A model generated the notes under the pieces. That model did not search any database. It worked only from the letters and a program-made list of their open reading frames with translations, and was not told where the DNA came from. Made by a program: the position numbers and the translations under genes. A stretch of 64,000 nucleotides of DNA from Thermoplasmatota archaeon (GTDB lineage Archaea; Thermoplasmatota; Thermoplasmata; RBG-16-68-12; JAGMCJ01): contig JAJISE010000001.1 in the NCBI GenBank assembly GCA_022848865.1, forward strand, positions 49,036-113,035. The letters run 5' to 3'. Below, piece after piece: positions 1 to 10,277 of this stretch; the first letter of the stretch is position 1, and the number at the start of each line of letters is the position of its first letter.

Positions 1-1740
1 ATCGCCATTGCCATTCACAACTGGACGACATCGGACGACTTTGTGAGCATCGACATTGAGGGTGAAACCTCATACCTCCCTGACTTCGGGAACACGGAGT
101 TCAATCCGTTTGATGAGGACTGGGGAGGGAAGCATCATGTATACTCAGGAGACGAAGCAATCTGGGACATATACTTCTACGAGCCTGAGGTACTTCCTGG
201 CAAGACCACGGTAAGACTCGACACGACAGTAACGCTGGGCCCGGACCCGGATGATTACTTCGAGATCCACTTCGACGCGTTCGACCCGATTGCCGACTAC
301 AAGACCCCGAACGGTCATGATCTGACATTCATTTCCTCGGCAATGATACCCGAGGATGAGGAGCCGCCAATACCGGATATCGTCATAACCCCTGAGACAA
401 TCTACGAGGGCGATCTGGTCACTCTTGACGGGTCCGGTTCGTCCGACCCTGACGGCACGATAGTCAGCTACGAATGGGACCTTGACGTGTTTGTCGACAG
501 TGATGGTGATGGCATCTATGACAATGATGTCGATGCGACTGGCCCGATCGTGACATTCATCTGGTACGATGACTACTACACCGAAGTGAAACTCACCGTG
601 ACGGATGATGATGGCCTGACAGGGACGGCCTTTGGCTACGTGGAGGTACTGAATGTGGACCCGACCCCGACGATAGAAGGGGCGTACATCGAGGTCACGC
701 TCTTCTTGAGAGTCGCTGGAGAGAAGTGGCACAACGTGGAGCTAACTCTCTACGAGAACTACGACAAGGAGACCGGCCAGTACGATGACATAGCCGCCTA
801 CATCGAGGTAGAGAGGTGGCCTGGGGACCCGTCGCTCAATCCGAGCTCTGGGGATCAGGGCATCACGATCCGCCTAGATGCGGCTGACTCCGTCAACTAC
901 ACTGCGGTGGTCACATACGATCCGTACGAGGACCTCGCCGACGCGATAATGGGCGATCAGCCCATCAACGGACAGCTGTGGGGAGCCAATCCCATCTGGA
1001 TAATCCTGGACTACGCGGAGGGTGGACAGTGCAAAATCCACCACACCTTCAACGTGCAGCAGTCCATCGAGCGGGACAGCGAGCACTTCATTCACGTGGA
1101 GCCCTGGATTGTCGACATAAACATCGGGGCACTCGTGGGTGCGCCTTTGACCTTCGTCGGGTCAGCAACGGACCCGGGTAGCGATGACCTGACATTCACG
1201 TGGGATTGGGGAGACGGCAGCAACGTCACGACCACGACCTACTACTACGATCCCTCCAGAGTGCCGCCTAACGATCCAGATCCGAGCCCGTACGAGCCCT
1301 ACTTCGGAGGAACTACTCCGCCACTCAGTGTCCAGGACACTCAGACTCATATCTACAGCTCACCTGGAACTTACGTCGTGACCCTCACTGTAACCGATGA
1401 TGATGGGGGAACGACAACCGTAACGACCACGCTTACGGTCGGGGAAGGAAATATCTGTCCCAAGGGGGGAGGAGGGGGAGGCAGAGGCGCCAACCAGGGG
1501 GAGTTGGCCCTGCTTCAGATCACAGCTTGGGAATACAACATCGACAGCGGGACTGTAGGTTCCGATGATGTTGTTACCTTCCCCGACGGCACTTCGATGA
1601 CGGCCTCGGAAGCGCTAGACCATCTGATGGACCTGTACGATAATGGCGAGTACGCGACTGCGACGGAGATAGCTGACCACCTGAACAACGAGTACGGGTA
1701 CAGCATTGGCTACTGGGGACTCGTTCCAGGGCGAAAGTAG
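1..1740 (+). CDS. PKD-domain surface/secreted protein (5'-truncated by window edge)
   Basis: Frame is open from base 1. PKD motifs LDGSGSSDPDGTIVSYEWD, LTVTDDDG, LTFTWDWGDGS. Paralogous to 25146..27518. Confidence 0.75.
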   Translation: MAIAIHNWTTSDDFVSIDIEGETSYLPDFGNTEFNPFDEDWGGKHHVYSGDEAIWDIYFYEPEVLPGKTTVRLDTTVTLGPDPDDYFEIHFDAFDPIADYKTPNGHDLTFISSAMIPEDEEPPIPDIVITPETIYEGDLVTLDGSGSSDPDGTIVSYEWDLDVFVDSDGDGIYDNDVDATGPIVTFIWYDDYYTEVKLTVTDDDGLTGTAFGYVEVLNVDPTPTIEGAYIEVTLFLRVAGEKWHNVELTLYENYDKETGQYDDIAAYIEVERWPGDPSLNPSSGDQGITIRLDAADSVNYTAVVTYDPYEDLADAIMGDQPINGQLWGANPIWIILDYAEGGQCKIHHTFNVQQSIERDSEHFIHVEPWIVDINIGALVGAPLTFVGSATDPGSDDLTFTWDWGDGSNVTTTTYYYDPSRVPPNDPDPSPYEPYFGGTTPPLSVQDTQTHIYSSPGTYVVTLTVTDDDGGTTTVTTTLTVGEGNICPKGGGGGGRGANQGELALLQITAWEYNIDSGTVGSDDVVTFPDGTSMTASEALDHLMDLYDNGEYATATEIADHLNNEYGYSIGYWGLVPGRK

Positions 1741-1808
1741 GCCTGACCTCTAGCTGTTAGTGGCCATTCAGGAAACGAATATATAGTGCAATCCATGGTC
1801 TTGGTCAC

Positions 1809-3692
1809 ATGAAGAACCGCGTTGCCATCACCATCATGGCAATCCTCGTTACAAGTACGCTCGCCGGCGTGAACGTGAGAGCAGCTGTTACTGTGAACGA
1901 CGTCGTGACCGTCGTCTCAGATTATGTGAACGAATCCAAGGTCGTGGCGGGTGCGCTGCTGAACTTCACGGGATCCCCGCCAGATGCGCTCTTGGATGTG
2001 GATTTCCAGTGGTACGACCCTGGCGGTTCGCTCGTCTATACAGTGGCATCCGATCCTGACGATGGCGGACTCGCAAGAAGCAATTACACCGTTAACCAGA
2101 CGGGGACATGGTGGGTCAACGCGAGCTATACGCAACCTCCTGATGTGTTCTACCACAATGTGTCCTTCGAGGTCGTTGACGACCACTGGAACTCTTCCGC
2201 GAGGGTCATCAAGCGGGATTTGGTCGTCGGTGCTAACGCGACGCTCACCATCGATCCGGGAGCGACTATCGCGTTTGACAATGGAACCAGGCTCTCTGTT
2301 GCAGGAACCTTGGTTGCTCAGGGCTCGTGGAACCAGATGATAGCCTTCACCTCGAACTCCTCGGCGCCCCAGAAGGGGGACTGGGAAGGCGTGTACTTCG
2401 ACACGGGCAGTGAATCGTCAGCATTCAACTACGCGAGGATCGAGTACACGGAAAACGGTGCATACATCCGGAACACGAACGTTACAATCCAGAACAGCAC
2501 TTTCATGAACAACACTCACGGGATACGACTGGAAGCCTCAACTTCGCTTGTCTACAACAACACGCTGGAGAACAACACATATGGACTGCGGTCCTTTGCT
2601 TCGCAGCCCGTCCTGATCTCGAACACCGCCATCAACAACGTAGCTGGATACTACTCCTATGGCAGCGGCCTCTTGATCAGCAGGATGAATGTCGCCCGGG
2701 GAAACGAGCAGGTGGGCTTCCACCTGGATTTCACCAATGTTCAGTCCCAAGGTGATGTCTCGGAAGGCAGCATTGTTGGCCTGAGACTCGGAGTTTCGTC
2801 TGGCACCATCGAAGGTGCAAACATATCGGGTGTGGATGATGGCGTGTACGCCTACGAAGGTGACGCGACTTTCTACAACTCGACGATTAGTGGGGGGTTG
2901 AGGGACTTCTTCCTCGAGTCGGGTTCTGCTCTGGTCGTGGTCAACTCCACTTTTGGCGGGAAGGTCTCCGCGGGATCTGGTTGTCCAGTCTGTCATCTTC
3001 TCGTTAGGAACTACTTGACCGTCCACACCATCGAGCACCAGACGTCGGATCCAGTCGAGAATGTCACCGTTGAGATTACAGACAACGGTGTATCCGTTTT
3101 CTCCAACGTCACCGACGTCCAGGGATACTTGCAAGACATCACGGTTGCCCACGAGACCTACGAAGACGGTGTGAGAGTGCACAATACCACGATGGTGACG
3201 GTTACTCACCCCACTCTGTTCTTCGCGTACCACAACAGGAGCGTCGACATGAGCCTCTCACATACGGAGGTCTTTGAGGGAGATACCCTGGACACTGACG
3301 GAGACGGTGAGCCAGACTTCAGCGATCTGGATGATGACGGTGATGGGTTGTCCGATGAGATGGAGAATGGACTCGGGACGAATCCGCTGTCCAACGACAC
3401 CGATGAGGACACTATGCCCGACGGCTGGGAGCACTCGAATTCTCTTGATCCCTTGGATCCCTCCGATGCCGATGAAGATCTGGATGGGGATGGATTCTCC
3501 AACCTCGTCGAGTATCAGAACGAGACCGACCCCGACGATCCGCACAGCCATCCGCCCGTGGAAGATGAAGGAGATGACAAGTGGTTCGACTACGTCCTGT
3601 ATGCGGCGATAGCGCTCATGGTGGTTGCGGCCCTCGTGGTTGTGCTCCTGCTCGTCAGGCGCAGGAAGAAGGAAGAACCACCGGTCGAGTAG
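1809..3692 (+). CDS. Membrane-anchored surface protein with right-handed beta-helix and Ca-binding DxDxDG repeats
   Basis: Signal peptide, TLTIDPG/GDWEG motif, NosD-like repeats, DTDGDGEPD/DLDGDGFSN repeats, C-terminal TM followed by RRRKK. Confidence 0.8.
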   Translation: MKNRVAITIMAILVTSTLAGVNVRAAVTVNDVVTVVSDYVNESKVVAGALLNFTGSPPDALLDVDFQWYDPGGSLVYTVASDPDDGGLARSNYTVNQTGTWWVNASYTQPPDVFYHNVSFEVVDDHWNSSARVIKRDLVVGANATLTIDPGATIAFDNGTRLSVAGTLVAQGSWNQMIAFTSNSSAPQKGDWEGVYFDTGSESSAFNYARIEYTENGAYIRNTNVTIQNSTFMNNTHGIRLEASTSLVYNNTLENNTYGLRSFASQPVLISNTAINNVAGYYSYGSGLLISRMNVARGNEQVGFHLDFTNVQSQGDVSEGSIVGLRLGVSSGTIEGANISGVDDGVYAYEGDATFYNSTISGGLRDFFLESGSALVVVNSTFGGKVSAGSGCPVCHLLVRNYLTVHTIEHQTSDPVENVTVEITDNGVSVFSNVTDVQGYLQDITVAHETYEDGVRVHNTTMVTVTHPTLFFAYHNRSVDMSLSHTEVFEGDTLDTDGDGEPDFSDLDDDGDGLSDEMENGLGTNPLSNDTDEDTMPDGWEHSNSLDPLDPSDADEDLDGDGFSNLVEYQNETDPDDPHSHPPVEDEGDDKWFDYVLYAAIALMVVAALVVVLLLVRRRKKEEPPVE

Positions 3693-3704
3693 TTATAGCC
3701 GGGA

Positions 3705-4208
3705 ATGCGTTGGTGGGTCGTGCTTGTCAGAGTGATCAGGCCCCACGGCGAGACATTCGATTACGAACAGGAACTGGTCGAGGACCGAGGGGACCTTGTC
3801 ATAACGCGGTTCGACTTCGTCGATTTCAGAAGGCCGTTGATCATACACGGTCAGGAAGTCGTGGCAGAGGGCTATCGTGCCCTGTTGTTCGAGTTCTTCC
3901 ACCCTCCACTTGAGATCATCGTAGTCACAGACAAGGATGGGAACCTCACGGGCTACTTCTGCAACGTGAACACTGAGCCTTCTCGCGTCGAGGGAGGGTA
4001 TGAGATCGTCGATCTGTACCTCGACGTGTTTGTCCTGCCTGACATGCGGTACGAGGTTCTTGATGAGGACGAGTTTCAAGAGGCTATCGAGAAGGGTTGG
4101 ATAACTGAGGAGCAGGTGTCGCTGGCAAGGGAGACCGTCGCCCGAGTAATCAAGGATGTCGAGACGGGGCGCTTCCCGCCAAGAATCGTGCAGGAGTTCC
4201 GGGCCTAG
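3705..4208 (+). CDS. DUF402 family protein (putative nucleoside phosphatase)
   Basis: GYFCNV, DLYLDVFV and LDEDEF motifs. Confidence 0.8.
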   Translation: MRWWVVLVRVIRPHGETFDYEQELVEDRGDLVITRFDFVDFRRPLIIHGQEVVAEGYRALLFEFFHPPLEIIVVTDKDGNLTGYFCNVNTEPSRVEGGYEIVDLYLDVFVLPDMRYEVLDEDEFQEAIEKGWITEEQVSLARETVARVIKDVETGRFPPRIVQEFRA

Positions 4209-5296
4209 ATCTCGATGAAATCGCGGTCGGCCGTCGTAAGAGACTCGCAGCCACCCTTCGTTACGACGATATCGTCTTCGATCCTAACGCCACCATATCC
4301 GCGAACGTATATCCCTGGTTCGACTGTGAAGACCATGCCCTTCTCGAGCTTGAAGTCCGAGAACGGACCAAGACCCATCCCATCATGGACAGACAGCCCG
4401 ATGCTGTGACCGAGCCCGTGGGTGAACTTGCCTCTGAATCTCGTCTTGTCTATCATCCTCGCCGCTGCGTTGTGCACCGTTGACGCCTTCACACCTGGCC
4501 GTATTCTCCTCATGGCGCTTCTCTGGGTCTTCAGGACGATCTCGTACATCTCCTTCTGCTTCTTCTTCGCCTTTCCCAGGACGTAGGTCCTGGTCAGATC
4601 CGAGACGTATTTCTTGTAGCGGGCGCCGAAATCGAAGAGGACGAAGTCCCGCTTCTGAAGCGTCCTGTCCGCCGCCGTGTAGTGCGCCTCCGCCGAGTTC
4701 GGCCCCGAGGCGGGTATAGTCTCGAACGCGGGTTCAGACGCTCCCTTCTTCTGCATCAGGAAGTTTATCCTCGCCGAAAGTTCGTACTCCTTCACTCCGA
4801 CGTCTATGTAGGGAATAATCTCCTTGGCGACCTCGGATGAGATCTTGCACGCCCTCCTTATTGTCGCGATCTCCTTCCTGTCCTTCACGACCCTGGCTTT
4901 CATCACGGCTTCGGATACGTCAATGAGCTCCGCTTTGGGGGCGAGCTTCTTGAGAAGCAGGTAGTTCCGATACGTGAGCTCTGGCGGGTTCACTCCGATT
5001 CTCTTGCAGCCTCGAAGCGAGGACTTGAACATCTTCTCCCTCTCCTGGATGCTCTTGAATATCCTCACTGGGAAATCCGCCCTTCTCGCACTCTCCTGCT
5101 CAAGGAGCGATGTCACCAATCTCAGCGATTTGTCTGGATAAGTGAAAACGGCGCTGCCCTCGAAGAGGCCTGATGTGAACCCAGTAACATAGAAGAACGT
5201 CATGTCGTGCAACGGCTCGGTTCCGTTCATGAACACAATGCAGTCGATGCCCTTCCCGGCATTTCGGAATATCTTCCCCACTCTCGATTTCATCAT
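4205..5296 (-). CDS. pepQ: Xaa-Pro aminopeptidase / M24 prolidase
   Basis: DFG...SDLTRT, HGLGHSIG, TVEPGIY, GVRIED. Confidence 0.9.
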   Translation of the reverse strand: MMKSRVGKIFRNAGKGIDCIVFMNGTEPLHDMTFFYVTGFTSGLFEGSAVFTYPDKSLRLVTSLLEQESARRADFPVRIFKSIQEREKMFKSSLRGCKRIGVNPPELTYRNYLLLKKLAPKAELIDVSEAVMKARVVKDRKEIATIRRACKISSEVAKEIIPYIDVGVKEYELSARINFLMQKKGASEPAFETIPASGPNSAEAHYTAADRTLQKRDFVLFDFGARYKKYVSDLTRTYVLGKAKKKQKEMYEIVLKTQRSAMRRIRPGVKASTVHNAAARMIDKTRFRGKFTHGLGHSIGLSVHDGMGLGPFSDFKLEKGMVFTVEPGIYVRGYGGVRIEDDIVVTKGGCESLTTADRDFIEI

Positions 5297-5357
5297 AGTC
5301 GGTAATATCTCATAGCCTAAATCATATTTGCTAGTAAGTGTTCATCCCTAGCTGACG

Positions 5358-5687
5358 ATGGCAAGAAGAAGAAAGAAGGGTCTCGAGCGGAGAATCGCGC
5401 GGGAGAGGATTCTGATCCTGTTCCAGCAGGCCGAGAAGGAGTCCCTCCGGGGCAACTTGAGGAGGTCGAACAGGTACGTCCAGCTGGCCAGGCGCATCGG
5501 CATGAGGTACAACACGCCCTTCCCTTCGGCCCTGAAGAGAAGGTTCTGCCGGAAATGTGGCTCCTTCCTGCTCCCGTCCGAGAACAGCAGGGTGCGGCTC
5601 CGGAGTTCAAGGATAACGATAACGTGCGGAGAATGTGGCCATATAATGAGGATGCCCTATCTGAGAGAGAAGTCTAGTAGGCGGTAG
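5358..5687 (+). CDS. rnp4: Ribonuclease P protein component 4 (Rpp21)
   Basis: IARERI, KRRFCRKC, ITCGECG, RMPY. Confidence 0.92.
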   Translation: MARRRKKGLERRIARERILILFQQAEKESLRGNLRRSNRYVQLARRIGMRYNTPFPSALKRRFCRKCGSFLLPSENSRVRLRSSRITITCGECGHIMRMPYLREKSSRR

Positions 5688-6525
5688 TCATATCGATTTT
5701 TCCCGCCCGCCTGGCGAGGTAGTCGCCCAGTCTGAAAATGAGTATTGACAGGAAGTAGAAGAATAGGGCTGAAACCGCCAGCAGCGCAACCAGCCAGAAG
5801 TTCTCGATGCCCTGGAGCCCTGTGCCTTCCAGCTGCTGTGCGGGGAGCAGGGCCTTTCTCATCGCTTCCAGCCAGTATGTCACTGGAATGGCATATCCGA
5901 GGGATTGGCCCCACGCGGGGAGTTGAGTTATGGGGAAAACGACGCCGCAGAAGACGTAGAATAGACCCGCGATGCCTTCGTTGATTCCCCCACTGTGCTT
6001 GGCGGTCAGGAAGGTTATCCCCGCCAGAGCGATACCGATAGAGACCAAACATGCCATGCCCACAGTCAAGCAGAGGATAAGAAGGCCCCAGTCCATCGTG
6101 AACGCGTCCACGGGAATGCCCAGGACAAAGACACCGAAGAGCAGTGTGACCACGACAGCTATCGTCGCGATGAGAATCTTGCTTCCCGCTCGACCTATGA
6201 TGTAGTAGTAGAAGCTGATCGGTGAAATGTATATCAACTTCAGAGTCTGGAAGTGCTCCCTGTCCTCGTGGATGACCCAGGTCACACCGAAGAGCACCTG
6301 CCCTACATAGATGAAGAAAGCGTTGCCCAGGAATATGAAAGCGAATGCATCTCTTTGAGCAGCGACCCCGCCGAGTATGACGATGTACATGAAGACAAGG
6401 ATCAAGGCACCAGAGACAGGCTTCGCTACAGAGTAAACCAAGAACAGGAACGGATCGGTCCAGTTGGCTTCCATCTGCCAGCCGAGCCATCCGGCCCCAA
6501 GAAGGGTCCTGAGGTTCTCCTTCAT
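5674..6525 (-). CDS. ABC-2 type transporter permease
   Basis: Multiple TM segments, GVVFP...LP..., PVTY.LEAMR. ATGA overlap with upstream permease. Confidence 0.85.
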   Translation of the reverse strand: MKENLRTLLGAGWLGWQMEANWTDPFLFLVYSVAKPVSGALILVFMYIVILGGVAAQRDAFAFIFLGNAFFIYVGQVLFGVTWVIHEDREHFQTLKLIYISPISFYYYIIGRAGSKILIATIAVVVTLLFGVFVLGIPVDAFTMDWGLLILCLTVGMACLVSIGIALAGITFLTAKHSGGINEGIAGLFYVFCGVVFPITQLPAWGQSLGYAIPVTYWLEAMRKALLPAQQLEGTGLQGIENFWLVALLAVSALFFYFLSILIFRLGDYLARRAGKIDMTTAY

Positions 6526-7370
6526 TGCCATCTCATCGTCAACCTCCCGGTCTTTCGGCCCAAGTTCTCCATGAAGCGGAGAGAGTGTCTAGCAAGGAAA
6601 AGGAAGAGAACGGACAGAACCGCAAGTGCGACCAGCTCCACTTCCACAGGAAGGAAGCCGTGGATGTCGGCGGTTTCGGTGAACATGAGCTGCCTGAGAG
6701 CGTCAAGCCCGAGTGTGATGGGAATGATGGATGCGGACAACGCGACAATGGATCCCAGGTACCTCACAGGGAAGTAGAACCCCGAGACGAGGTAGATGGG
6801 CTCGGTGAGAAGACTGGACATGTGCCAAGCTTCTCTTCCGTAGATCATGTAGAGCGATGCGAAGAGCATCCCCATCCCGTACAGAGCTATCAGAGTGAGG
6901 AGGAACACGAGAACCAAGTATATCGGCGGGCCGAGGGAGAAGGTCACTCCGAATATGAGCACACCTATGACTATCGTGGAGACCGCCCGCACGGTAGTGT
7001 AGAACATCCCGCCGACCGCCATGCCTCCGAGAACCGCCATCCTCGACATCGGAGCGATCATATAGAGCTGAAGGTTGCCTATCTCCTTCTCCCAGTAGAA
7101 CTGAGCTGCCATGCTCCACAGGACGTTCATCCAGTAGGCTGTCATAGCACCTCCGAGGATGACATAGCCGACGAACTGACCGATGTATTCCTTCTGTGGC
7201 CCTTGAGCAAGGCTGCCGAGATATTGATAGACGAAGACGTAAGCAGCGACGGTGAGCAGTGGCAGGATCGTATCGAAGAATATCCAGCTGAGTTCCCGGG
7301 TGCCTCCAACTACCCTTGGGTACGCTCGGCCCTTCAGGGCCCTCAGGTTGAGCAGCACGTAGTCCTTCAT
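6522..7370 (-). CDS. ABC-2 type transporter permease
   Basis: EKEIGNL, SGFYFPV, PITLGLDALR; six TM segments. Confidence 0.87.
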   Translation of the reverse strand: MKDYVLLNLRALKGRAYPRVVGGTRELSWIFFDTILPLLTVAAYVFVYQYLGSLAQGPQKEYIGQFVGYVILGGAMTAYWMNVLWSMAAQFYWEKEIGNLQLYMIAPMSRMAVLGGMAVGGMFYTTVRAVSTIVIGVLIFGVTFSLGPPIYLVLVFLLTLIALYGMGMLFASLYMIYGREAWHMSSLLTEPIYLVSGFYFPVRYLGSIVALSASIIPITLGLDALRQLMFTETADIHGFLPVEVELVALAVLSVLFLFLARHSLRFMENLGRKTGRLTMRWQ

Positions 7371-8371
7371 GCCAGCCCCCTGCCCACGAGAGAGACGAAA
7401 ACATCCTCGAGCGTGGGCTCTCTCTTTTCAAGCGAGTGGATTTTGGCGCCCTGTTCCACGATCCTGGAGACGATGTCGGCAACCGCGGATTCGTCCTGTA
7501 CTATGAAGGTGAGCAACGTCCTGTTCATCTGACCGTCGTGCTTGTAGGTGAAGTTCTGGATGCCTTCGATTCCTTTGAGCTTGTCAGGATCCCTAAGGTA
7601 ATCCGTCTCGAACGAGAGTGATGAGGCCTTGCTGACCGTCTTCTTCAGATTCCGAGGCGTGTCGCACGCCACTATTCCGCCCTCGTCTATGATCGCTAGC
7701 CTGTCGCAGAGCTCATCCGCCTCCATCATGTAATGGGTCGTGAGGAGAACCGTCCTTCCGCTCACCTCCCTCACCCAGTTGCTGATGAACTTCCTGATTA
7801 TCCGACTCGCGTTCACATCAAGCCCTAGAGTGGGCTCATCGAGGAAGATTATGCTCGGGTCCGTCATGAATCCCCTAATTACGTTCGCCTTCTGCCTCTC
7901 GCCCGTCGAGAGCGTCCTGACCTTCGCGTTCCTCTTGTCCCAGATCCCGAAGGCCTCCAACATCTCATCTATCCGTTTCTTGGCCTCCTTGGAGGGGATT
8001 CCGTAGAACTGGGAGAACATCCACAGGTTCTCACGGGTCGTGAGCAGTCCGTAGCCAGATGTTTCCCCGCCAGAGACCATGTTGATGATCCTTCTAATCG
8101 GATACGGGTCCTTCTCAACGTCGTTCCCGGCGACATATGCCTTTCCAGAAGTGGGAAGAAGAAGCGTGCAGAGGATCTTTATCAGTGTTGTTTTTCCTGC
8201 GCCGTTGGGACCTAGGAGACCGAAGAGCTCGCCCTCTTTGATGCGCAGGTTCACGTCCTTCAGCGCTGTGACGTCCGGCTCCGCTCCCTTGCTCCCGCTA
8301 CGCCTCCTCCTCCTCCGCTTCTTCACGCGGAAGATCCTCGTCAGATCCTTCGTCTCGACAGCGTAGTTCAT
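7367..8371 (-). CDS. ABC transporter ATP-binding protein (DrrA-like)
   Basis: GPNGAGKT, LSTGERQ, FLDEPT, TTH, PTLEDVF. Start placed at MNYAVET; 8407 is an alternative. Confidence 0.9.
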   Translation of the reverse strand: MNYAVETKDLTRIFRVKKRRRRRRSGSKGAEPDVTALKDVNLRIKEGELFGLLGPNGAGKTTLIKILCTLLLPTSGKAYVAGNDVEKDPYPIRRIINMVSGGETSGYGLLTTRENLWMFSQFYGIPSKEAKKRIDEMLEAFGIWDKRNAKVRTLSTGERQKANVIRGFMTDPSIIFLDEPTLGLDVNASRIIRKFISNWVREVSGRTVLLTTHYMMEADELCDRLAIIDEGGIVACDTPRNLKKTVSKASSLSFETDYLRDPDKLKGIEGIQNFTYKHDGQMNRTLLTFIVQDESAVADIVSRIVEQGAKIHSLEKREPTLEDVFVSLVGRGLA

Positions 8372-8476
8372 CTCTCGCCACCACGTTGAGATGCCCACCT
8401 CGTTCATACTTCGGGGGCTATAAGCCTAACGGCAGGGGGTTGATGAAGGTAGGACGCTTGCCATGGGGTCTTCCCC

Positions 8477-8498
8477 GGCAAGCCAAAAAAAACTTGCC
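8477..8498 (-). terminator. Oligo-T terminator after rps17e
   Basis: T8 run on minus strand (8485-8492) flanked by GGCAAG/CTTGCC inverted repeat, just after the stop. Confidence 0.5.
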
Positions 8499-8503
8499 AG
8501 GAA

Positions 8504-8695
8504 TCAGGCCTCGTAGTGCTTCCTGAATGTTGTGAGGTATCCCGCGATTCTGTTTCTCAATTTTAACGTGGTCACGTCCGTCAACTCCTGGACTTTCTTC
8601 TTGTTGTGCTCGAAGTCATCGGTGAACTCTTCCGGATATCTCTTGATGAGTTCCACGGCAATCCTCTTGATGTACGTCGGTCTTATGTTACCCAA
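8504..8695 (-). CDS. rps17e: 30S ribosomal protein S17e
   Basis: (M)[10 protein letters not shown]...[10 protein letters not shown]...[11 protein letters not shown] start after GGAGTGA. Confidence 0.95.
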   Translation of the reverse strand: MGNIRPTYIKRIAVELIKRYPEEFTDDFEHNKKKVQELTDVTTLKLRNRIAGYLTTFRKHYEA

Positions 8696-8918
8696 GCGTT
8701 TCACTCCAAGGTGATTTCATCTCGGCGTTCGACTTTCAATGTGGCCATCACTAATAAATGTTGCCCTGACTGTTCTGCCTTCGGTGTCACTTCCAGGAAC
8801 GTCGAGGAATCCGGGATTCTCTCTAGTTCGATCCCTCAGAGGCCATTCCATACAGGTTCTCACTGCGGAAGATTCAAATACAGAATCTGTTTACGCCACT
8901 TCTGAAAGGGGACAGAAG

Positions 8919-9086
8919 ATGGAAGAATCGCTCTGTAATGTCGAGTTCCTCAAGGACGCATCCACGTATCTGGCCCGTGTTCAAAGCGAGCTGGGAGGAG
9001 TGAGAGAGTACAGGAGTCCCACTTTCGAAGAGGTTTTGGAGCAGGTCATAATCGACTTGCAGGAAGAGTTCGAGGGCGCGGTCTAG
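8919..9086 (+). CDS. Small acidic hypothetical protein (55 aa)
   Basis: ATG after AGGGGA; MEESLCNVEFLKD...LQEEFE; coding-like composition. Confidence 0.6.
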   Translation: MEESLCNVEFLKDASTYLARVQSELGGVREYRSPTFEEVLEQVIIDLQEEFEGAV

Positions 9087-10201
9087 ACGAGCTTCCCGTC
9101 CTTCATAATCGTTTCTTCAGAGTCGTCAGGATGAATCGCGGTTATCGTCGGGTACCAGACCAGCCCGTCGAGATGTGTGAAAGACTTCACGTCCTCGTCG
9201 TAGTTGGATCCGATGGCAATGTGGCACGTCCCGTAGACCTTCTCGTCCTCCAGCATGTTGCCAACGATCTCGGCCTTCTTGTTCAGCCCTATCCCGAGCT
9301 CGCCGAGACACCTGGCTCCTTTGACGTATTCCTCAGATTTCTCTTTCGTCATAGAACCCTTTTCCGCCATCTCGAGTGCGGTCTCCTTGCTTATGTTCAG
9401 CGTGTTCTCCAAGGCCGTGGCCTCGGTCCCGCCCTTGATCTTCGTGACCGAGTTGCTCTCGACCTTCACCTTGATTGGATCGCGGATTATGATCACGCCC
9501 TTGTGGGCGGATATGCTTCCGTCGTAGACGATGGTTCCTTCTGAGGACTCCAGCTCGGGTGATATGTAGACCTCGCCTGCGGGGAGGTTCCCGCCCGTGC
9601 CTGGCTTCGTGAAGTCTCCGTCATCCAAGTGGGTAGTCCTGCCCTTCAGTCCGATCCTCACGTCCGTTCCGGCCTTGGCGGTAATGTGAACGGCATCGGC
9701 CTTGTCCAGGATTCCCTTCAACTTCCGGGCGTTGCTCCTGAGCTCCCCGTAATCTATCGGAACCGTCTCGATGAACATCTTGGCTGTGATGCTAGGGGAC
9801 CAGAACGACCTCAGCTTCTTCGTCTTCCAGAGGTACGTGAAGATGTGATCGAACTCCTTCCCGCCCTCGCTGATGGGGTCCTTCAACCTGAACCTGTCCT
9901 TTCCGAGTTTGTGGCGGCTAATCGATATGAAAACGTCTGGATTCGATTCGATCGCTCTAATCACGGCGTCCTCGGCGAAATCCACCTGCGTCTTGGGCTC
10001 CTGAAAGACCAGCGACGTCTTCCCGCCAGAGTCGACCGACGCGTTGAAGACCACTTCGGATATCCTCCGAACATCGTCATCTGGATTCGAGACGATGAGA
10101 ACGTTCTCCCCCTCCTTCACAGCTATGACGTCCTCAATCGCCACTTTCGCGGCCCGCTTGAGGTCTTCGTCGTAGGCGATGGATTCCATGAATTTCGACA
10201 T
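9083..10201 (-). CDS. Aminopeptidase, M29 / thermophilic metalloprotease family
   Basis: GNLPAGEV, GELGIGLN, LEDEKV.GTCHIAIG, HLD. Confidence 0.88.
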   Translation of the reverse strand: MSKFMESIAYDEDLKRAAKVAIEDVIAVKEGENVLIVSNPDDDVRRISEVVFNASVDSGGKTSLVFQEPKTQVDFAEDAVIRAIESNPDVFISISRHKLGKDRFRLKDPISEGGKEFDHIFTYLWKTKKLRSFWSPSITAKMFIETVPIDYGELRSNARKLKGILDKADAVHITAKAGTDVRIGLKGRTTHLDDGDFTKPGTGGNLPAGEVYISPELESSEGTIVYDGSISAHKGVIIIRDPIKVKVESNSVTKIKGGTEATALENTLNISKETALEMAEKGSMTKEKSEEYVKGARCLGELGIGLNKKAEIVGNMLEDEKVYGTCHIAIGSNYDEDVKSFTHLDGLVWYPTITAIHPDDSEETIMKDGKLV

Positions 10202-10277
10202 CAGACTCCTCCCTGGTCACAGGACCTGAAAGAGAAAAGGATCCGAGAATAAGAACTTGGCGGGAGCCGCGGAAGGC

